From a virus (lineage: Duplodnaviria > Caudoviricetes): a stretch of DNA of 41,523 nt. The notes under the pieces were generated by a model, which was not told the DNA's origin, searched no databases, and saw only the letters and a program-made list of their open reading frames with translations. Below are positions 35,505 to 41,523 of this stretch, one piece after another. Every line of letters begins with the position of its first letter. The first letter of the stretch is position 1. The position numbers and the translations under genes are program-made. The stretch covers positions 1 to 41,523 of IMG/VR virus record IMGVR_UViG_3300025778_000032. One strand, written 5' to 3'.

Positions 35505-36941
35505 ATGACCGAGTTCGCCAAGAGAGACTTCACACAAGACGAGCGCGACGCGTTAGCCGCTAAAGGTCATGCGATGCCCGATGGATCGTATCCAATCTCG
35601 ACAGTAGCCGATCTTGATAATGCTGTACAGGCTTTTGGTCGTGCAAAGAATCCAACTGCAACCAAGAAGCACATCATTTCTCGCGCTCGCGCACTCAACG
35701 CTGTAGACCGTCTGCCGCTTAAGTGGAACGTATCTCAGGAAAAGACAAAGGCTAGCGAAATTTCAGATGCACTTGGTATTTCTACCGAGCCTGCAAAATT
35801 GAACGATAAGCACATCCCAGCAATTGACGATATGCACGACGCTATCGGCGCAACCAAGGTCGACCAGCAAGGTAAAGGCAACTACGCGACAAGCACTCAC
35901 CTTTCAGCCGCTCAACGCCATCTCAAGGATGCAAAGTCTGTACTTGATACGAAGGCACTCAACTCTGACACAAAACACGTTCTCGCTAAGGCTGCACTTG
36001 GTAAGGCTAGCCAATCTTTAACTCACGCTACCCGTGAGGCATCGGCACCAGATAAGAGCGCGATCCACGATCACAATGAAAATTTGCGTGCATTTGCTGC
36101 AAACCCTCCTGCCGATTTTGCTAAGTACAACGATAATCATGGCGAAGGCGGACGTTTTACTTCTGTCGATGGAACCACTGGCGTTCCTGTCAATGGGGGT
36201 CATTCTGGCTCACTTAATGCCACAGTTAACGCTATGCGTGATGTTCACCGCACCTATGCCGATAAAGTTCGCGCAACGCAGATGTCTGGCAAGCCAATGT
36301 CAGCGGATATGCTCGATACGGCTCAAACCAAAAATGATGCTACGGGTCATCTCGCGGATGCCATCACTAGCCTTCAACACGATGACGCAGAAGCGGCACA
36401 CGAATCCTTGCGTAATGCTGCTAGCACGCTTTCTGGAGATAAGGCGTTTTCATCCCACGCTGACACCGTTAACGGCATCGCAGACACTCTAGGCAAGAAG
36501 ATCGGCAAGTCGCTTTCCCTTAATTTTGCGGAAATCGATTTTGCAAAGATGAATGAAAATCATGATGAAAAGGGACGATTTGCCGCTGGAGATGCAATTG
36601 CTAATTCCGCCGCTGGACTTTCTGTCCATGCCGAGACAAAGGCAAAGCAATTCGCTGACCACTATACGGCTACAAATGACAAGCAGGCTTTCCACGCCGC
36701 CAACAAGATGGCAATGGCTAAGATTTATGCTGATGCTGCACAAAAGGCAGCCGAAAGTGGAAATCTGAAAGATGCCGCCGCTAATTTAGCAAACGCCCAT
36801 CAGACTGCTTACTCAGCCGCTAAAAACTTGGAGTCATCTAGCAACCCAGACACCAATCGTTTATCAGAAAAGTTAACGATGCCGTATGGTCGCGCTCAAG
36901 CAGAAGCACAAAGCGCGGTTACACAACACAACGCTTGGTAA
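35505..36941 (+). CDS. Multidomain head-module protein (DUF6582-like N-terminus, two tagged Ala/His-rich helical domains)
   Basis: AMPDGSYPI...DL.NAVQAFGRA...HI..RA.AL; tags at 36117 and 36540. Confidence 0.7.
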   Translation: MTEFAKRDFTQDERDALAAKGHAMPDGSYPISTVADLDNAVQAFGRAKNPTATKKHIISRARALNAVDRLPLKWNVSQEKTKASEISDALGISTEPAKLNDKHIPAIDDMHDAIGATKVDQQGKGNYATSTHLSAAQRHLKDAKSVLDTKALNSDTKHVLAKAALGKASQSLTHATREASAPDKSAIHDHNENLRAFAANPPADFAKYNDNHGEGGRFTSVDGTTGVPVNGGHSGSLNATVNAMRDVHRTYADKVRATQMSGKPMSADMLDTAQTKNDATGHLADAITSLQHDDAEAAHESLRNAASTLSGDKAFSSHADTVNGIADTLGKKIGKSLSLNFAEIDFAKMNENHDEKGRFAAGDAIANSAAGLSVHAETKAKQFADHYTATNDKQAFHAANKMAMAKIYADAAQKAAESGNLKDAAANLANAHQTAYSAAKNLESSSNPDTNRLSEKLTMPYGRAQAEAQSAVTQHNAW

Positions 36942-36950
36942 AGGATAGGC

Positions 36951-37328
36951 ATGAGCCTTAAATACAACAAGGTCAAAGGGAGCAAGTTCGAAACTGATCT
37001 TGTTGACTATTTGCGCGAGAAGTTCCCCGATCATTCGGCGAATATTCAGCGTATGCGCCTGTCTGGAAACGCGGATCAAGGCGACATAATCGCCACTCTT
37101 CCCCTCGGCAACCATATACGCCACATCATCATCGAGGCTAAAAACGTTCAAGAGTATGCCCTGTCTCAATTCGTAGCAGAGGTAACGGTCGAGGTCGAGA
37201 ATTGGACACGCGCCGTAAAGTCATCAGGCAAGGCGTCTGGAATCGTCATCATTAAGCGCCGCAATAAACCTATTGGGCAGTCTTATGTCATTCACACACT
37301 CGATTCATTTTTGGAACTACTTGGATGA
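36951..37328 (+). CDS. Holliday junction resolvase-like PD-(D/E)xK nuclease
   Basis: NKVKGSKFE..LVDYL...DQGDI...IEAKN...IIKRR. Confidence 0.8.
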   Translation: MSLKYNKVKGSKFETDLVDYLREKFPDHSANIQRMRLSGNADQGDIIATLPLGNHIRHIIIEAKNVQEYALSQFVAEVTVEVENWTRAVKSSGKASGIVIIKRRNKPIGQSYVIHTLDSFLELLG

Positions 37329-38131
37329 GCCAACTTATAGCCGACATCGGATTAAAAGATTTCTTATTCCTTAAGTACAACGAAAACCATGACGCAAAAG
37401 GTCGTTTTGCCACGGCTGATGGCGTGGGCGGTAGTGGGCTGTCTCTTCGAGAAATGAACAGAATTTCTAGCCGTAGCGATAAATACAAAAGCAAAGTTTA
37501 CGCAGCCGAACATTCAGTAAGAGATGGTCAGCAAGAAATCCGAGGAACAATACCCAAGCCAGAAGCCCCTGCTTATCCAAGAGAAGCCATAGCCGCTGCT
37601 CGTGCCAATGGCGATCTTGCTACTTCTTATAGATTGTCTGACCAATACCAAAAAGATTACAACAAATATTCACGCGATTTCAGCAAGTACCAAAATGATT
37701 ACCAAGTCGTGAATAAGCAATCTGATCTCGCACAGCAATACTTGGATGGTACTAAGGCTGGGGTATCAAATTACGTTAATGCCGTCACGGGGCAAGATTG
37801 GTTTAAGCAAGCCTATACTGATGGGGCAACAATAGGAATGCCCGACGTAAAAATTACGAACGTCAAGGGATATGCTGGTCAATATACATTCGGAACGGAT
37901 GGCGCTAACCGAATTTCGATTAACGCTCCTTACGCCACAAACGAACCTACGATCCTTCACGAAATCGCTCATTATGCTCAAACGGTTAGCGCCACTTATT
38001 CTTATGAGGCTCATGGCGTAGGCTTTGCTCAAATTAACCTTCATATAACGGACAATGTAATCGGCGGAGCGCAAGCCAACAGACTTGCGGATGCCTACCT
38101 AGCAAACGGGGTGCCAATTGCCACAAAGTAA
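37325..38131 (+). CDS. Tagged protein with zincin-like metallopeptidase domain
   Basis: Tag at 37367; TILHEIAH...AHGVGF. Confidence 0.7.
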   Translation: MSQLIADIGLKDFLFLKYNENHDAKGRFATADGVGGSGLSLREMNRISSRSDKYKSKVYAAEHSVRDGQQEIRGTIPKPEAPAYPREAIAAARANGDLATSYRLSDQYQKDYNKYSRDFSKYQNDYQVVNKQSDLAQQYLDGTKAGVSNYVNAVTGQDWFKQAYTDGATIGMPDVKITNVKGYAGQYTFGTDGANRISINAPYATNEPTILHEIAHYAQTVSATYSYEAHGVGFAQINLHITDNVIGGAQANRLADAYLANGVPIATK

Positions 38132-39254
38132 AGAATTCACAATTACTGACCCAATCCCAGACCCAGAATTGGTTCAAGAGCCGATCGACCCAGAATTTCT
38201 CAAGTCGTCCCCAATCTCTGTGGCGTACCTTCAATACAATAAATCCAATTATGGATATACGGTCAAGTCATTAGACAGCGAGACGATCCATGAATGCTCT
38301 ACGCGCTATGACGCAATGAAGACCTTGCGAGATGAAGTGCTCAAATCGATTTCTGCTGGAAGTGTCCATGTCGATACTACGGGCTGGAAGGCACGCGATC
38401 TACGCGATAATTTCGAGAAGGCTATGGAAAATGATGGCGTCGGTGAATTAGGAAAGAAGCACGACCTACTCCACGAATTGTCAGGCGATGACGTGACCAA
38501 GGATCAGGCGTTATTGCATCACTTCATTACGTCCAAATCATCCGAGATGGGTGAACCTATCGATTGCGATGGCGGCGCTCTTTCTCAGCCTGTCATTTTG
38601 GATTACAAGCGCGATGTAGATATCAATGAAGCGATCTCAGAAGGATTGGTTTTAGAGGCAGACGGCAAGGAAGCAATCAAAGACGGCGTTACCAAGGCTG
38701 ACTTAGCGACGCTTATGGACAGCGACGGCGTTTACATGGCAATCATTCCTAAAGAAACTAACGATATTGCCAAGGCGTTAGGAATTGAAAATGAAAAGAT
38801 TTTTTTGCCATTCCTAGATTTCTCTAAGGCTGATACGCCAAAAGTTCTCACTGAAGTTGTCGATGATGGTAAACCAGATCAATACACGCTTGCTCCGTAC
38901 TACGTACCTAATCAATTAGATGGTCATGATGAATGGGTAGAAACCCGCGATTTGGAAAAGGCTGTTAATGAATGGTCGCTGTTTTCGCCTAACCGAAATG
39001 TTTTCTTGCAACACAATGAAGACATCGTGGCTGGAACTTGGACTCAACTTATCGTCATGCCGTGGGAATTCGATGCTGAACTAAAGCAAGCCGATGGTTC
39101 GACAAAAGTTCACCACTTCCCTAAAGGAACTGTTTTGATTGGCGTAGTTTGGAAAAATTGGGCATGGGAAATGATTCTCGATGGGCGAATTGCTGGAATG
39201 TCTATGGGCGGAATGGCTCAAGAAAAATCAGAAACTCCGCCTCCATCGAATTAA
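38118..39254 (+). CDS. Prohead protease, XkdF-like (C-terminal domain) with long N-terminal extension
   Basis: YTLAPYYVPNQLDGHDEW...LEKA...LQHN...KGTVLIGVVW...W..I..G.I.G.SMGG. Confidence 0.8.
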   Translation: MPQSKEFTITDPIPDPELVQEPIDPEFLKSSPISVAYLQYNKSNYGYTVKSLDSETIHECSTRYDAMKTLRDEVLKSISAGSVHVDTTGWKARDLRDNFEKAMENDGVGELGKKHDLLHELSGDDVTKDQALLHHFITSKSSEMGEPIDCDGGALSQPVILDYKRDVDINEAISEGLVLEADGKEAIKDGVTKADLATLMDSDGVYMAIIPKETNDIAKALGIENEKIFLPFLDFSKADTPKVLTEVVDDGKPDQYTLAPYYVPNQLDGHDEWVETRDLEKAVNEWSLFSPNRNVFLQHNEDIVAGTWTQLIVMPWEFDAELKQADGSTKVHHFPKGTVLIGVVWKNWAWEMILDGRIAGMSMGGMAQEKSETPPPSN

Positions 39255-39331
39255 CTTTCCGCGCTTTACGCGATTAAAAGATTGTTTTCTGCCATTATTA
39301 GGACTTAGCGCGTCCGATGAAAGGGAATTCC

Positions 39332-39697
39332 ATGACTGTCGTAGTACCTACTACCTTCTCACTTGTTATGGCAGGTGGCGTCGACTGGCAGATCGGTTTT
39401 ACTCTTTTTCAAATTGTTGACGGCGTTAAAGAGCCGATTGACCTCACGGGCTACACAGCAAAACTGCAAATGCGATTGGCTTATGACTCTCCCGATGCTG
39501 TTCTAACGCTGACTGATGGTGCTGGAATTACTTTAGGCGGGGCGGCTGGAACAGTTCTCGTCCATGCAACTTATGAGCAGGTCAACGCAATCCCAGCAGA
39601 AACTTACGAGATAGGTCTTCAAATTATGTCGAGCGGGGAAGTGAAATACTCACTTCTTGAGCAGCAAATCGACAAACTTGAAACAGCGGTGCAGTAA
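39332..39697 (+). CDS. Virion structural adaptor (BppU-N-like)
   Basis: PIDLTGYTAKLQMR...LTLT...GITLGGAAGTV; precedes fibre gene. Confidence 0.6.
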   Translation: MTVVVPTTFSLVMAGGVDWQIGFTLFQIVDGVKEPIDLTGYTAKLQMRLAYDSPDAVLTLTDGAGITLGGAAGTVLVHATYEQVNAIPAETYEIGLQIMSSGEVKYSLLEQQIDKLETAVQ

Positions 39698-41070
39698 TGA
39701 CCGAATATTTCGAAGTTGTCATCGATCCATCAAATTTTGACGTTACGGTTTCACCTACCCAGACCATTATCGAACTCACCGACGTCGGTTTTCAGGGCGC
39801 TCAAGGCGCTCAAGGCGTCCAAGGGACTCAAGGAACTCAAGGAATTCAAGGCTTGCAAGGTACAACAGGCTCACAGGGCGCTACTGGAACCCAAGGCGCT
39901 TTAGGAACCCAAGGCAGCATTGGAATTACTGGCGCTCAGGGCACTCAGGGCACTCAGGGAACTCAGGGAAATACTGGAACTCAAGGAGCAGTTGGAACTC
40001 AAGGTGCAATCGGCGCAACTGGCTCGCAAGGAACTCAGGGTGCTATCGGCACTCAAGGCGCGGTTGGATCGCAAGGATCGATTGGAGCAACTGGCGCACA
40101 GGGTACGCAAGGAATTACAGGTTCCCAAGGTGCGATTGGAACTCAGGGCGCAATTGGCACTACGGGTGCACAAGGAACTCAAGGTACAGTCGGAGCGATT
40201 GGAACTCAAGGCGCTCAAGGAACGCAGGGTTCAATAGGAACTCAAGGTTTCACTGGCGCCCAAGGTACGGTCGGTACGCAAGGTACGACAGGTACGCAGG
40301 GAACGCAGGGATTACAAGGTCAAGCGATCCAAGGCGCACAAGGCACAACTGGCTCAACGGGTGCTGGCGGAACTCTTGCTTACTACGGTTCTTTCTACGA
40401 CACGACGACACAAACTGCCACAAGTGCTAACACCGCCTATGTCGTAGGAATCAATACAGTTGCGGAATCAAATGGTTTAAGTATCGTTAGCGGAAATCAA
40501 ATAAAGTTTGCTAACGCTGGAACTTACAAGATCGATGTATCGCTTCAATTCTACGTTTCTTACAATTCTGGAACCGCTAACTTTTGGTTGCGTAAAAATG
40601 GCACTGACTTAATTGATACGAATAGCGAAGTAACTTTTTCTAACCAACTTCCGTATCAACTTGGTAACGCGCCGTTTGAAATGACTCTTAACGCTAATGA
40701 TTACATCCAAATTGTTTGGGCGGCCAATACTGCATCGTCACAAATCGTGGCTCAAACTGCTACAACTACGCCTTACGTTTCTCCTGCCGTTCCAAGCGTT
40801 ATTGTCGCCGTAAGCCAAGTTGCTTATGCAATCCAAGGAACGCAAGGAATCCAAGGAACGCAAGGCGTGCAAGGTTTTGGCTACGCTCAACTTCAAGGAA
40901 CCCAAGGAACACAAGGTATTCAAGGTACCCAAGGTATTCAAGGTATTCAATCAACCCAAGGAACAACTGGACTTCAAGGTCTGCAAGGACTTCAGGGCGT
41001 ACAAGGACTACTTAACACGGTAATCTATGATTCTGACCAAGGCGTTATTTCACAACAGATGTTCAGTTAA
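39697..41070 (+). CDS. Collagen-like fibre protein with C1q/TNF-like head domain
   Basis: Long G-x-Q/G-x-x triplet tracts flanking YYGSFYDTTTQTA...AGTYKI..SLQF...WLRKNG. Confidence 0.8.
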   Translation: MTEYFEVVIDPSNFDVTVSPTQTIIELTDVGFQGAQGAQGVQGTQGTQGIQGLQGTTGSQGATGTQGALGTQGSIGITGAQGTQGTQGTQGNTGTQGAVGTQGAIGATGSQGTQGAIGTQGAVGSQGSIGATGAQGTQGITGSQGAIGTQGAIGTTGAQGTQGTVGAIGTQGAQGTQGSIGTQGFTGAQGTVGTQGTTGTQGTQGLQGQAIQGAQGTTGSTGAGGTLAYYGSFYDTTTQTATSANTAYVVGINTVAESNGLSIVSGNQIKFANAGTYKIDVSLQFYVSYNSGTANFWLRKNGTDLIDTNSEVTFSNQLPYQLGNAPFEMTLNANDYIQIVWAANTASSQIVAQTATTTPYVSPAVPSVIVAVSQVAYAIQGTQGIQGTQGVQGFGYAQLQGTQGTQGIQGTQGIQGIQSTQGTTGLQGLQGLQGVQGLLNTVIYDSDQGVISQQMFS

Positions 41071-41079
41071 GGAGAACAC

Positions 41080-41430
41080 ATGGCAACTTATAGCAAGCAA
41101 GCGTTATCAGCCGCAACCACAGGCGTTCCAATCCCCGTTGTCGCTATCGCCTCAACTGGTACACCTATCCACGCAACAGGCACATCAGCCATTGACGAAG
41201 TGTGGCTCTATGCCACCAATACCGATTCAGCGGCTCGCACACTCACTATTCAATTTGGTGGAACTGCAACACTCAACCAGATTCAACAAACTATCCCTGC
41301 TAACTCAGGTCTGACTCTTGTAATTCCTGGGCTAATCCTTGCCCCATCAGGCTCGGCATTAACTGTCTATGCCTACGCCTCAGTAGCAAGCGTTGTAAAC
41401 ATCTCAGGCTATGTAAACCGAGTCGCATAA
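41080..41430 (+). CDS. Virion structural protein (fibre-associated)
   Basis: AAGGAG SD; IHAT...DEVWLYATN...IPGLIL...ISGYVNR. Confidence 0.6.
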   Translation: MATYSKQALSAATTGVPIPVVAIASTGTPIHATGTSAIDEVWLYATNTDSAARTLTIQFGGTATLNQIQQTIPANSGLTLVIPGLILAPSGSALTVYAYASVASVVNISGYVNRVA

Positions 41431-41523
41431 TGGCAGAGGGATTCAAGCGCGGAGAAGTTGGCTCGCAAGTCAATTCATGGATGCCATCTACTAACACAGT
41501 TACACCAAGCGGATTTACTTCCT
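41430..41523 (+). CDS. Start of next gene (truncated by window end)
   Basis: TAATG coupling; open to the end of the window. Confidence 0.5.
   Translation, partial: MAEGFKRGEVGSQVNSWMPSTNTVTPSGFTS

Noticed and set aside
31741-37417. Tag repeats as DNA-level repeats, DGR template/variable regions or inteins
   Set aside because: Nucleotide sequences diverge at synonymous sites, no reverse transcriptase is in the window, and intein C/S...HN ends are absent.
39790-41010. 9-bp-period tandem repeats (CAAGGAACT-like) as CRISPR or VNTR
   Set aside because: They encode in-frame G-x-Q collagen triplets with synonymous variation; there are no unique spacers.
25-41497. Numerous 60-150 aa antisense or alternate-frame ORFs in the track
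   Set aside because: They overlap better-supported genes and lack SD, coupling or motifs; treated as shadow ORFs.
1-41523. tRNA/rRNA genes, integrase, transposase, CRISPR array, cognate restriction enzyme for the methylases
   Set aside because: None recognised by eye; intergenic gaps are short. A tRNAscan/HMM run would be needed to exclude them formally.

Overview
A 41.5 kb segment of a tailed dsDNA phage genome. The host is most likely an actinobacterium, inferred from WhiB, an actinobacterial-type SSB, an actinobacterial-type transglycosylase and several leaderless-style promoters. Gene order: end of tail module (1-4805), membrane proteins, recombination/replication (Gam-like, ERF, initiator with internal iterons, SSB), an accessory region (LPD29-like protein, metallophosphoesterase, proteasome-beta/HslV-like protease, two DNA methyltransferases, many small paralogous ORFs), an inverted lysis cassette, a set of promoter-driven small genes, terminase, WhiB, portal, MuF, an XkdF-type prohead protease and a collagen-like fibre. 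No major capsid, tail tube or integrase gene is recognisable in the window. The most striking system lies at 30652-39254. Four head-module proteins are built as strings of unrelated domains (ADP-ribosyltransferases, RelA/SpoT-like, GNAT-like, HExxH peptidase, possible SAM lyase). Eight copies of one tag, F-x-K-(E)-[FYM]-N-x-[ND/E]-(H|QPR|QAR)-[DG]-x-x-G-R-[FW], sit at the domain starts, and the cluster lies next to the prohead protease. This suggests protease-processed, capsid-packaged effector polyproteins. Also seen: four conserved promoter + hairpin leaders, a Dam methylase split at a G9 tract, a near-consensus parS site, DnaA boxes and shared gene-boundary repeats. All protein family calls come from motif recognition by eye, not database searches.
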